From Eledone cirrhosa (taxonomy: Eukaryota): DNA of 64,000 bases. Of the stretch, positions 14,997 through 28,295 are shown piece by piece. Within the stretch, counting starts at the first letter, position 1; every line of letters begins with the position of its first letter. The stretch lies in assembly GCA_964016885.1 (NCBI GenBank), contig OZ024760.1, forward strand, positions 13,640,001 to 13,704,000. The letters are read 5' to 3'. The translations under genes were made by a program, and so were the position numbers. The notes under the pieces were generated by a model. The model saw only the letters and a list, made by a program, of their open reading frames with translations. It had not been told where the DNA came from and did no database searches.

Positions 14997-16726
14997 ATCA
15001 ACAATAACCACAACACCACCAACAACAACACTATCAACACCACCAGCAACAACACTATCAACACCACCACCACCAACAACAACACTATCAACACCACCAC
15101 CACCAACAACAACACTATCAACACCACCACCACCAACAACAACACTATCAACACCACCACCACCAGCAACAACACTATCAACACCACCACCACCAACAAC
15201 AACACTATCAACACCACCACCACCAACAACAACACTATCAACACCACCACCACCACCAACAACACTATCAACACCACCACCACCAACAACAACACTATCA
15301 ACACCACCACCACCAACAACAACAACACTATCAACACCACCACCACCACCACCAACAACACTATCAACACCACCACCACCACCAACAACAACACTATCAA
15401 CACCACCACCACCAACAACAACACTATCAACACCACCAGCAACAACAACACTATCAACACCACCAACAACAACAACACTATCAACACCACCACCACCACC
15501 ACCAACAACAACACTATCAACACCACCAACAACAACACTATCAACACCACCAACAACAACAACACTATCAACACCACCACCAACAACAACACTATCAACA
15601 CCACCAGCAACAACAACACTATCAACACCACCACCAACAACAACACTATCAACACCACCAGCAACAACAACACTATCAACACCACCACCACCACCAACAA
15701 CAACACTATCACCACCACCACCAACAACAACAACAACACTATCAACACCACCACCAACAACAACACTATCAACACCACCACCACCAACAACAACACTATC
15801 ATCAACACCACCACCACCACCAACAACAACACTATCAACACCACCACCACCAACAACAACACTATCAACACCACCAACAACAACACTATCAACACCACCA
15901 ACAACAACAACACGATCAACACCACCACCAACAACAACACTATCAACACCACCAGCAACAACAACACTATCAACACCACCACCAACAACAACACTATCAA
16001 CACCACCAGCAACAACAACACTATCAACACCACCACCACCAACAACAACAACACTATCACCACCACCACCACCAACAACAACAACACTATCAACACCACC
16101 ACCAACAACAACACTATCAACACCACCACCACCAACAACAACACTATCATCAACACCACCACCACCAACAACAACAACACTATCAACACCACCACCACCA
16201 ACAACAACAACACTATCAACACCACCACCAACAACACTATCAACACCACCACCAACAACACTATCAACACCACCACCAACAACAACACTATCAACACCAC
16301 CAACAACAACAACAACACTATCAACACCACCACCAACAACAACACTATCAACACCACCACCAACAACAACACTATCAACACCACCACCAACAACAACACC
16401 ACTATCAACACCACCACCACCACCAACAACAACACTATCACCACCACCACCAACAACAACAACACTATCACCACCACCACCACCAACAACACTATCAACA
16501 CCACCACCACCAACAACACTATCAACACCACCACCACCACCAACAACAACAACACTATCAACACCACCACCAACAACACTATCAACACCACCAACAACAA
16601 CACTATCAACACCACCACCAACAACAACACTATCAACACCACCACCAACAACAACACTATCAACACCACCACCACCAACAACAACAACACTATCAACACC
16701 ACCACCAACAACACTATCAACAACAA
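14997..16726. repeat. Trinucleotide-derived minisatellite ACTATC-AAC-(ACC)n-(AAC)m
   Basis: Dozens of units with a constant ACTATC anchor and variable ACC/AAC counts; stop-free in one frame on each strand. Confidence 0.95.
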
Positions 16727-17563
16727 GTAGTTATTGAGCACTACATCTGATAGTGATACATTGAAAGTTATATAGACATAATAGTTTATATAAGCCATTT
16801 ATGTATGCATACATACATATATATATATATATATACACACATTGACACGCACGTATACATATATATACACACACACTGACCTATATAAATATCTATATAC
16901 ACACACATACCGACACACACAAACACATATATACACACACATATATAAATAAACTGAAACACCCATACATACATATATATATATACACCCACACACACAT
17001 ATATTAATTTATTTATTTGACAGATTTTTATAGTTCACAAGAACTTTAGTACCTACCATTTAAGGAACCACCCACCCACCCAACCAACCACAGAATTAAA
17101 CAAACAACCCAATCCACCCAGCCCATCACCCATGCAAGTTTTCTTTTCCCTAGTCAATGTCCTCTGATAATATTTTAACTACTGTAATTATTAAGGAATT
17201 CCCAGTTTCTCCCTCGATTTTCTTCCCTTGTTAAATTGTAAACTGGAACTGGAAACATTTCATTGGAAGAACTTCTCTGATTATATATATAAACAGTTTT
17301 AGTCCTGTAGAAGCCATTTCTATCTCAATCTATATATATATATATTTTACGTGTGTTGTGTGTTGTGTTGAGGCAAATAACTATGTGTATACTCTGGTAA
17401 TGTATCTTACATTGCCCATTGAGTGCGCTGAGATACAACCGGTACTGGCATTGATAAATATGCTGGGTCCGTCAACCCTTATTATATATATATATATATA
17501 AAATATTAAAAAAATAATGAATAAAACAATGAAACAGTTCCTTATATTAAACAAAAAAAGTTC

Positions 17564-17706
17564 ATTATTTAACGATCGTTTCTAGGACATATATGTGTTA
17601 GAATTGGCATGCATATTCAAAAGATCTATGTACAAAATTATACAAAATTATACAAACTATCAAATAGAATATACATACCAACACATACATATGCCGTCTT
17701 CAGAAA

Positions 17707-17710
<4 letters not shown>
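17564..17710 (-). ncRNA. Type-I hammerhead ribozyme-like motif with long stem II
   Basis: Minus strand: attattt-CUGAAGA-[long imperfect stem II]-GAA-ACGAUCGU-U-aaataat. Perfect 7-bp stem I, palindromic stem III, GUU cleavage triplet. Confidence 0.7.
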
Positions 17711-17758
<48 letters not shown>

Positions 17759-17904
17759 GCGAGAATCGTATTTCGGCCAGTAGAAAAAGCGAAACGAAAC
17801 GCAAAATCGTAGAAATGCTGGCAAGCGCTCCAATAGTTAAGAAAAACTAGAGCTAAACAATATGCTAAAACGCTATACAAACTGAAAAGTGGTATATATA
17901 TATT

Positions 17905-18040
17905 TATTAAAATAACAGATTAAAGTTTAAGCAAAGAATCGGTTATTTAAATAAATATTTGCTCTACGGTTCTTATATATTTGATATATATTTATCCTTA
18001 TCGAGCCTCTTTGGATTTTAGTCTTCAAATTTATTATTAC

Positions 18041-18084
<44 letters not shown>

Positions 18085-18612
18085 ATACTTTGGGAGGGTC
18101 ATGTTGCCAATAACAAATTCAGAAACGAAATATATATATATATATATATATATTTATTTATTAAAATAAGGACGTATTATCTTCGTTTTTTCCGTTCATT
18201 GCCAGGGAACGTCTCCACGAACCACCTTAGAGAATATTAGTCTACAACTTCAGTTATACTATAAACGTGGTTTTGTCTTTGCGTGTAATTGTTCTCACCG
18301 CTCCAAATAATGACGTATTATCTTCGTTTTCTTCCGTTCGTTGCCAGGGAACGTCTCCACAAACCAAAGTATCGTCTTCCTGTCTTCCTCCGGTTGCAAC
18401 GTTTTTCGAAATATTTACTTCTGCATTCACAGATTGATTTTTTTTTAGTTTCAGAAGATCCCGTTAAGAGTGAAAGCAGCGATTCTTTGCTTAAACTTTA
18501 ATCTGTTATTTTAATAAATATTTGCTCTACAGTTCTTATATATTTGATATATATTTATCCTTATCGAGCCCTCTTTGGATTTTAGTCTTTAAATTTATTA
18601 TTACTACTATAT
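17905..18612 (+). mobile_element. Non-autonomous Penelope-like (pLTR-type) element, copy 1, with ~144-bp tandem units and an upstream inverted/duplicated end
   Basis: 18170-18612 is nearly identical to 31250-31772; 17905-17942 is an inverted piece and 17943-18045 a duplicated 3' end; ends in (TA)n; carries a hammerhead-like fold. Confidence 0.65.
18429..18506 (+). ncRNA. Hammerhead-like three-way junction with variant core (CAGAAGA)
   Basis: Stem I acagattga-(U)n-agttt / aaact-ttaatctgt; core CAGAAGA; stem II tccc-gttaa-gagt; GAAA; stem III agcag/ttgct; CUU triplet. Confidence 0.5.
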
Positions 18613-18845
18613 ATATATATATATAAATGTAATGTGAGTTTTTCGAATATTAATAATGACATTCGATTTGTTTGCAATTATGCAAACAAGCCTCAATTTT
18701 ATAGCCATGTCAGTAGAATGAACACTTCATTCTTGCTCTTGTGTTGGCATGTGAACATACATGTACATACATATATACATACATATATACATACATGTAC
18801 AGACATATATACATACATGTACATACATATATACATACATATACA

Positions 18846-19697
18846 CTAGCAGATTTACCCGGCGTTGCCCGGGGCTTGAAATTATTCTAAGAATATACTG
18901 CTAGGAAGTAAAAGAAGAAAATTATTTGTCCCCAACCTGTCAAAATAAGCAGAAGTCTCCAATAATTAATTGTTTCTACTTTTGGCACAAGGCCAGTAAT
19001 TAACCAGTACATTACTGGTACTTTATTTTATCGACCCCGTAAGGGTGAGAGGCAAAGTTAACCTCGGCGGGATTTGAACTCAGTTCGTAAAGGGACGTAA
19101 CTGTGCTGCAAAGCATGGCGTCCGACACTGCCAATCCACCTCCCTTCAATAATTAATGCAAACGAATATTTAGTGCAATCTTTGTACACATAAAACTATG
19201 CTGATAATAAAGGAAAACACTGAACAGAATGTAGTTATACAAATGATTAAAGACAATACACGTTGCAAATCTGTAAAAAAAAACAGACAGTTTTGCTAAA
19301 GTATGAACAGTTGTAATGAAAGCAGAATTGTATACAAACAAAAAAACAATGAGTAGAATAAGAGAAAATGTATTCTTTGAGAGCATCCTTTGCTCTGTAT
19401 GGTTAAATTTTGAACTTATTATCCAAAATATCCTGCATGACATATTCATTGAAAGTCCCAAAAGGATTTTGTTTTGATTGATTTCTACCTTACATCATGC
19501 ACTTTAGAAAAAGTAATTTTGCTATCGATTTTTTATTGCTCAACGTGGGTCGATTTAAAAAAATTTTTGTGAAGTGACCATCTTAGCGACAGGTGCAAAG
19601 TGCACATAAAATTTGGCCAAATGCGGTTGGGAATTGTAAAAGCCTTAGCTGTCCAAGGTTGTCCACACACACACATCCTCACTTTTATATATATAGA
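18846..19697 (-). mobile_element. Non-autonomous Helitron-like element
   Basis: Minus strand begins TCTATATATATAAAAG (19697) and ends in a CCCGGGCAACGCCGGG hairpin ~8 nt before CTAG|T (18846); no TSD; sits in (ACAT)n. Confidence 0.75.
18968..19141 (-). mobile_element. Family A SINE nested in the Helitron
   Basis: Matches the family A consensus. Confidence 0.88.
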
Positions 19698-19699
19698 GG

Positions 19700-20262
19700 T
19701 ACATACATACAACATACACATACATACAACATACACATACATATATATATATATATACATGTACATACATACACATATATACATACACACACACATACAT
19801 ACATGTACATACATACATACATACACACACACACATACATACACACACACATACATACATCTACATACATACATACACACACACATACATACATGTACAT
19901 ACACACACACACACATACATACATGTACATACATACACACATATACATACATACACACACATACATGTACATACACACATACATCCCACACGCACTTAAA
20001 AGTATCATTTACAAAGACACCCTCACATACATACAACCATTATGATTACATAAACATACATATATAAACGATTATAATAGATACATACATACACACAGAC
20101 ACATACACACAGACATATACACACACACACACACACACACAGACATATACAGACACACAGACACACAGACATATACACAGACACACACACACACGCACGC
20201 ACACACACACACACAGACATATACACAGACACACACACACAAACATATACACACACACACAG
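19700..20262. repeat. (ACAT)n/(AC)n compound microsatellite
   Basis: Direct inspection. Confidence 0.95.
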
Positions 20263-23039
20263 CTATAATAATTACAGTTATTATAATTACACAGCCATGT
20301 GTAACAGTTATTACACAAATATTGATTATAACTATTTACAGATGGAATTATTGGAATAATACATACACACACACACACATACATATATACATACATACTT
20401 TGTGGTACAAACATACACACTATTATGATACTACACACCCACACACTATTATAATACACACACCCACACAGATGCTATTGTTGTCACATACTTGTTATGG
20501 CTACACACACACATTCATACTCACATTTATGATAGTACACACACACATATGCTACTGTTATGCTACATTGGTTATGCCCCCCCCCCCTACACAGCACAAA
20601 CACATCTATGATGGTACACACACATTTGACAACTTAAAGTTATACTTCCACTCCTCACACCACACCCCCTATACATCTGCCATACTACTACTATACACCT
20701 ACACACACAATCACCTTCACACCTACATACACACCTACTCTCTCTCACACACAATCATGCACACATACGTCACACACACACTGACAATCTGTTTATGAAT
20801 ACATCCCCACATACACACACACACACCACACAAACACCTACACATACACCTATCTACACACACACACAAACACCTAAACACACACTTAACCACACATGGT
20901 GAAAATATTTCAATGAAGATAAAATTGATATAAATCCATCAATGGCCTGTCAAGACATGAATTTATTTAGTTAAAACATACATATACACACATATACATA
21001 CATATATACACACACATATATACACCCATAAAATAGTTGTCTTTCTTCAAGCTAGATATAGTGGTGTAGATTGAAGTGGGTTAAGTATTGAGTTCTTTTA
21101 AAATATTCAAAACAGAAGAAAATGTATTTTAATTATGATGCTTCCTCTCTATACGGGTCTCGATGGAGAGGAAGCCGTCGGTCTGGCCCCAGTATTTAAC
21201 TATCTTCCTCTCCTCTGCATTGTGAGTTGCAGAGACATGGTGGAAGGAGAGACAGGACCAATGGCCCTTTATTCTTCGTCTTCTTCTTTGTTGTCTTATT
21301 TGTCTTCTTCATCATCATCTTCTTTGTCTTATCTTCTTCTCCTTTCCCTTCTCCTCCTCCTTCAGAGAGTCCTGGGGCTGGTGTCCCCAGACACACCTTA
21401 CATTGGAAATACCTTAAGAAAAATGATTAAACCAGTTGCCCCTGTCTTTAATTGTGTTTCTATTGCTGCTGATTGACAATAAAGGAGCTGTGGAGCTATT
21501 ACGTGGGTATATATATATGTAATGTCTATATATGTAATGCAACCTGTGAAAATAGGTGAATTTAGTACAGAGTAGAATAATATTTCAGTTATGACTAGGT
21601 AGAGGAGGGGGAGGAGGTTGACAGGATGTTTCTAAATGTTACAGTGTTAAGGTGTTGTAAATAACTTCTCCTGTACTTTCTTGGCATGTATATTGCAGTA
21701 GATGAACTTGCCAACTGAGCAAGTGTGTCTCTTATGAATTGTTACTGATGTCGTTGTTATTGATGTTGCTGTTACTGATGTTGTTACTGTATGTCTGTAA
21801 TTGATTGTTACTGATGCACTTGTTGTAATTGTTCTTTTAACTCCAAGTAGTGTTGCCACCATGATAGAAAACACCCAGCCCACACTATAATGGTAGTGCT
21901 GGTGCCATGATAAAATGAGTCTTGCCACACATTGTGTCATTTTGTATCTAGATAAATATAAACACTTTTATTTAAACAGTTTTGTATCTTAGAACCAGGC
22001 CCAGAGAAGTAATGGGCTCCACCAGCTTTTAAAATGTCCTTGAAACAGTATATATCAATACAGTGCCCCTACAACTCCCTCAGAGTTATGGGACCATGCT
22101 TGCACACATCATATAACAAGGGGTGGTTTCAAGCAGGTTGGTAATGAAAGAGTTGAAGTAAAATTTGCTAAAGATCAATTTGACTAGCTCGTTAATGAGA
22201 CATTTGGGATATTCGAGAGAAGGGCGTGTCTTAGTTTGTATACAACAAGAATCATTATTCCATCATGTTTGTAGAAACCACTTAGTCTCTCTTTCAGAGT
22301 CTGTTGTTATTAAAAGCATGAGTTAAGAGCAATATCACGAAAGTAATAGTAACTTTAATCGATTAATTAAAATTAATTAAAATAATTAGCTTGCGTCACA
22401 AATATTAATGTTGTTTGCATCGATTTTTTTAAAATAAAATTCTTTGTTTTTGTGAAAACCAAAAATCGTTAGGTTTTTTTTTTTTTTGTTTTTTTAAGAT
22501 TAAATTTTGTAATTTTATAATTGTCTACTTGTCTTCTTCCTGAATTTGGCTGAAGTTGAGGAAAATTTGGAACTGATACAAGTTTTTAACTGAAATTTCT
22601 GAATGGAGAAAAAATAGAAGCAGAGTTCGAGGAAATGACTGTATCTCCTGGGACAAGACTGTTTTAGTTTATTTGTTGTAAATATTGAATCAATGCCATT
22701 TATAAAAGATAGAAATAGAATCATTTGTCAATTAGTTGAGACTGTTGTATGTTGAGAGAAGGTTTAAAAGGGGTGTGAAAAGATACATTGATGATGATGT
22801 TGGTTGTGGTGGTGCTGGTTGTGGTGATGATGATGGTGGTGGTGGTATTTGATTCAAATATATTTACTTCCAGCCCTTTATATTATGTGGGTATTCCCTG
22901 AGGTGGACTGGCATCCCATCCAGGAGGGAGTGTTGTATTCTCATTCAATCTCACTTAAAACTGGGATAAGATCTAGCCTTCATCCAACTTATGGGAATAT
23001 GGAAGAACAGATATAAAATCGATCTCTCTCTCTCCCATT

Positions 23040-23270
23040 GATCCGGCTGGATCTCCAAGCAAGACCAGCTGAGCTCAGGAATGTTATCCAACCATCTACA
23101 CCTGGCTTTCCTGCCAGCTGGTTTTTCCCCTTAAAATCAGTCCAGCAATTCTTTCCTGAGACATTCTAACCACATGTCCATAGTATCGGAGCTGTGATCT
23201 CTCATTTCTGAATAGTAGTGGCTCTACCTGGAGCGACTCTCTGATCTTCAAGCTATGCATTCTATCTTAA
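23040..23270 (-). mobile_element. Degenerate RTE-like LINE C-terminal fragment
   Basis: Minus-strand translation includes IRESLQVEPLLFRNERSQLRYYGHVVRM, the RTE-type 'LRW.GHV.RM' motif. Confidence 0.6.
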
Positions 23271-23930
23271 CCTGTGTTTTTTTTTTGTTTCATAGAACCA
23301 GAGCTAGTTTTGGATGAGTTAGTAGCAAAAGGTTAAAGCCCATATTTACAGGAGTCAATGACCTCAGGGATAAAAACATTATTACTCATAATTTCGAAGT
23401 TGAAGTTCTAGGTTGAATCTAGTTGTATATTGTGTACACATTCGAGAATCAGGCACCTGATTATAATCAGTGTTTAGGCTGATCTAAATCAAGTGTAAAA
23501 GTGTGTGTGTTTGTTGTTGTCTTTATGTCCTTTCATTCATGCTTTCATAAGTTGAATGAAGGCTGTGGTGCTTAGTTTTATGAGGCATTAAGCCACTGTG
23601 TGTACAAGACTTTAGTCATTGGCAATGAAAATGAGTAATAACACTTTGATCTAGTTTTATTCAGCAATATAACAACCATACACACACACACCTTCTCTTT
23701 GTCTCTCTCTCTCACACATTCTCTTCCTCTTTCCTCTCTCTCTCTCTCTTATCTTGTTTTCACACCCACATTTCTTCTGTGCTGGGATGACTTTGGAACA
23801 GTTTGAGGCAATGTTTTACAGCCAGATGCCCTTCTTGTCACGTACCTCTTTTAATTGCCTCTTATGACACACAGGGAAACAATATACCTATTCTAAAAAC
23901 TGGGATATATATGACAATGTAGTTATATAT

Positions 23931-24120
23931 AATTGTTTCTACTTTTGGTACTAGGCCAGCAATTATCCCAGTGTATTACTGGTACTTTATTTTATCGACC
24001 CCGTAAGGATGAAAGGCAAAGTTAACCTCGGTGGGATTTGAACTCAGACCATTAAGGGCCGTAACTCTTTGCTGCAAAGCATGGCGTCAGACCCTCTACC
24101 GATACTGCCAATCCACCACC
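23931..24120 (-). mobile_element. Family A SINE
   Basis: Full-length consensus match. Confidence 0.88.
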
Positions 24121-24777
24121 TTAGTTATAGGTATATATAATGTAAGGTGATTGTACTGGTGCCACAATAAAATCACCCAGTCCAGCCTGTAAGTTGGTAA
24201 TGCTGGTGTCAACAAAATCACCCAGACCAGCCTGTAATGTGGTAATGCTGGTGTCACAACAAAAATACCAAGTCCACCCTGTAAGGTGGTTGGTGTTAGG
24301 AAGGCTAGCCATCTATAGAAAACCAAGCCAAAAATATATCCGTATCAGCAGGACATGGTCACCTGACCAGTTTAGCTTCATACAAGCTTGGAAAATAGAC
24401 GTTAAACAGCGATGATGGTGATGATAATGGTGGTAGTGGTGGTGGTGATGATGATGAAACTTCTTTATTACTTAGATCTAAGTTCCATTCAGTAATATAA
24501 CAACTACGTTAATTGTATATTAATGTTGTATGTAATATTGTCCCTGACTTCAAACATTATTAAGCTGGTCACTAATTATGTTGCTTAATTAGTTTAATCA
24601 AGGCTCAAAGTTCACGCTATTATGATGTCTTGTCTCATGACTGTCTCAGTTTTATTTCACTTTCATATATAATAGATTGTATTCAGTGTGGGAAGTTAAC
24701 CTTTAGTAGAGACTATATTCTCTCTGTGAGGTTCTCATTCACTTTAGATTTCACGAAAGACAGAACTGGAGAATAAT

Positions 24778-24968
24778 AATTGTTTCTACTTTTGGCACAA
24801 GGCCAGCAATTATCCCAGTGTGTTACTGGTACTTTATTTTATCGACTCCATAAGGATGAAAGGCAAAGTTAACCTCGACGGGATTTGAACTCAGACCATA
24901 ACGGGCCATAACTCTTTTTTGCTGTAAAGCATGGTGTCCAACCCTCTATCGATACTGCCAATCCACCG
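24778..24968 (-). mobile_element. Family A SINE with target-site duplication
   Basis: Flanked by gaactggagaataataattgt on both sides (~24763 and ~24968). Confidence 0.88.
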
Positions 24969-25727
24969 AACTGGAGAATAATAATTGTATGTATGGGACC
25001 ATAACACTAGGGGTACCATAGTGACGTACAGCATATCTTTGGCATTTTAAACTTGATGGAACCTATTCCCTCTCCAAGTCTGAACAGCTGAATTCTTCTT
25101 AAAAAGGAAGGAGATTGAGAAAGAGATATAGAGGAAGACTCGACCTCAGTACTGGACTGGTACAATTTTTTTATCAGCCTTCAAAGGATGAAAGGCAAAG
25201 CATTCTCTCCAATGTTCTAAAGACTACGAATATGCCACCTAGAGAATAATGTTATTATAAGCAGTTCTGGATTTGCATTAAAAGATAACAGATATTTATT
25301 TTAACCCTTATGGTACCAAACTGCCTGAAAGCACTCGTGATTTTAGGATACAAAACTGATTATTTTAATGTGTTTATATCTATTTAACAAATTTCCATCA
25401 TAATTTTATGTAAGAAATTTTGTGTTCCAAATGCCAGCTTAATAATGAGAAAGTTTGTTATGGTACCAAATCCTTTTAAATTTTTGATTATGATCAATAC
25501 CAGCACCACCACTCCCATCAATACCACCACTGCTATCACCAGCACTACCACCATCACTTGTTCTCTTAGAGACCTATAACTAACAACAAAGCTATTGTCT
25601 ACAAAATGACCCCCCTCTCTCTCCCTATATATATATATATAGTTGAATAAATGAACAGAGAACAAAAAACAGAGGCAGTATGAATGATATGGTTTTTAGT
25701 TTCACGCTTCAGAGTGGGGGGGGGGGA

Positions 25728-25752
25728 GTTTCGGGCATAAGCCCTTCATCAG
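25728..25752 (-). ncRNA. Minimal hammerhead ribozyme core of the Penelope pLTR
   Basis: Minus strand CUGAUGA-A-GGGC-UUAU-GCCC-GAAAC; the cleavage-site side reads GAAAC-UC-poly(C) and looks eroded. Confidence 0.75.
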
Positions 25753-26759
25753 GAGAACAGTGGGTAGGAAGAGAGTTCCGAGGGTGTGTAGGGGAGTGGG
25801 GGAAAGACATTTTTAAAAAGGGCGGGGGGACAATTTTTAAAGATAAAGGAAATTTTTTAAAAGTACAAATAAAAATAAAAACAAAAATAAACAAGGGGTG
25901 AAAGGGTGTAAGGTGTGGAGGGGGGCTGGAGAGAGGAGAGGGAGGCAGGGGGTCCGAGCGGGGAAGGCTGAAGGTGGTGTTTGTGTATGGGTGTAGGTGT
26001 ACGTGTGTTTGTGAATGTGAGAGTGGGGAAAGAACGAGGTTCCATGTTCAGGTAAAAGTACAAACCGGTGTGTACTTGGGGTGGAGTGTAAGTCGGTGTG
26101 GATGGAGAGGGTTGGGGGAGGGGAGCGTGTGGAGTCCGGAGGCTGAGTGTGTGTATGTGGGGACACGCACGTGTGTGTTTGTGTTTATATGTGGTGTGGT
26201 TTGAAAATAATGTGTTTGTTCGTGTGTATGTTCCTAAGATATTTCCATGGAGTGTGAAACAAGATGTTGGAGATTTCACATGTCATAGAATGGAGAGCTG
26301 GAGCGATGACCGGTGGTGTTAAATCCTGGTGTGGTAGTGCGGAAGTGGAGAGATGTGGGGTGCGTGCGCAACAGGAAGTAGTCAGAGGGTCAAGGCAGGG
26401 TGAAGTGATAGCAGTAGAGAGGATGACAGGTAAAGAAAGGGTCTGTATGTGGTGTGGACTGTGTGTGTGTGGAGGTGCGGTGGACAGGGGAGAGGATGGG
26501 TAGGTGTGAAAGGTGGAGGGAGAAGGTGGTGGTGTGGGAGGATGGTGTGTATATTAGTGGAGGTGTTAGTGGCATGTGTGCGTGAGGGGGTGGAGCGGGG
26601 AGAGAGAGGGTGTTGGGGACGGAGGAGGGAGTGTAGTGTACTGGTGTGTGTGTGTGTATGGTAGAGAGGGTGTTAGTATTATTGGTAGTGGGGAGGGAGT
26701 TGAAAGTGGTGGTTGGGTGTGAGGAGTGGGTGGTGTATCGGTGTGTACGATGTTGAAGG

Positions 26760-28200
26760 CTAAAGGAATGGGGGTGGGGAGTTCAGGCCTGGGGGTATGT
26801 GGGTCTGTAGGGTGAAGATGGTGTGTTGTTCGGCCGTTAGGCGGGTGGTGGATGTCCCATGGCATTGGATCAGACCACAGACTGTGAGGTGGTGGCGGAA
26901 TGTCCAGGGGAGCCAAAGTTGCGGGTGATGGCGGAACTCCTGGCAAGACGAATATCGCGGAGGTGCTCTGTGAACCGATCCGTCAGGCCACGTCCAGTCT
27001 GTCCGACGTAGGTTGCGCTGCACTCTGTGCAGTGAAGTCCGTAGACGAGATTGGAGGAGGTGCAACGGAAAGCGTGCGGGACAGAGAGAGAATCGCCATT
27101 GGGACCCTGGAAGGATTGGTGTTGGTGATGTGGGCGCAGCTGTGGCAGCGAGGCCTGGAGCAGGGAAGGGAACTGGGGGGGATCTGTGGACAAGGAGGGA
27201 GCGGAGATTACGCGGGCATTTGAAGGAGATGTGGGGATGGGAGAGGTGGGGGAGTTGGACTGGAGGCAGGGGATGGGGAAGGGGGAGATGGTGGGTGGGG
27301 TGTGCGGGGGTGTGGGGTGAGGGCGGTGGACCGCACGGGCGCGAGTGATCCGGAGGAGTTGGGAGTAGGAAATGGAGTGTTTAGTGTGTGTAGGGTGGGA
27401 GGAGTGAAGTTGAGGTAGGAGTGGGAGTCGGTGGGTTTGAAGAAGGTGGTGACAAGGGAGCGGTGGGAGGGGTTGATGGCGACGGAATGTCCAAGAAGTG
27501 GACGTGGGTGGTGGAGATAGAGGTGGGAAAGGGTGGAAGGAGAGAAAAGAGTCCAGCTGTTCTCGGGTGAGGGTCGTGGCTCCAATACAGTCGTCGATGT
27601 AATGACCGTACAGTTCAGGTGTGGGGCCGGTGTACTGGGCAAAGATTGGCATAATTTGGTTGGCATAATTTGGGCCCATTCTTGTGCCCATGGCTACCCC
27701 AGTGACCTGTTGGTAAAACTCACCCGAGAAGGAGAAGCAGTTGAGGGTGAGGACCAGCTCGGTGAGGCGAAGGAGGGTCGAGGTAGTGCTAGAGGGCACG
27801 TAGGCCGTCAGCGTGAGGGATAACTGTGTAGAGCGACTTAATATCTAGGGTGAAGAGGAAGGGATGTGGGCCGGGTGGGAAAGTGAGGGAGTCGAACAGG
27901 CGAAGGGCGTGGTTGGTGTCGGAGATGTGGGAGGGGAGGGTGGTGACGAGGGGGGCGAGGATGGAGTCAAGAAAGGCGGAGATAAGTTCTGTGGGGCAGT
28001 TGCTAGCGGAGACAATGGGGCAGCCTGGGTTGTCGGGTTTATGGAGTTTGGGGAGGAGGTAGATGGAGGTGGTGTGGGGGGTGCGAACGATGAAGTGGGA
28101 AGCGGTGGGATGGGGGAGGAGACGAGGTGGAAGAAACTTGTTGTTGGTAGAGGGGTGTGGGGTCGGAGGGTATAGGACAGTAGAAGAGGGGGTTACGGAG
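26760..28200 (-). pseudogene. Frameshifted Penelope RT/GIY-YIG endonuclease ORF
   Basis: Motifs split over ORFs 26870-27799, 27208-27666 (FKPTDSHSYLNF) and 26760-27065; several indels. Confidence 0.88.
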
Positions 28201-28217
28201 CTGCCTGTATATATATA

Positions 28218-28295
<78 letters not shown>

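Larger units (their letters stand above)
25680..28205 (-). mobile_element. Penelope-like retroelement, 5'-truncated and degraded
   Basis: RT motifs (TLLRLTELVLTLNCFSF, GVAMGTRMGPNYA, YIDDC), GIY-YIG region (CTSSNLVYGLHCTECSATYVGQTGRGLTDRFTEH), terminal PPGLN, hammerhead at the 3' end, adjoining (TA)n at 28208. Confidence 0.92.

Noticed and set aside
14883-16798. 615-aa Thr/Asn ORF and 605-aa Val/Leu ORF
   Set aside because: Both derive from an ACC/AAC minisatellite that cannot contain stops in those frames; no domain or signal features.
21135-21185. Hairpin gcttcctctc...gagaggaagc as a ribozyme
   Set aside because: Flanks lack the CUGANGA and GAAA cores; single copy.
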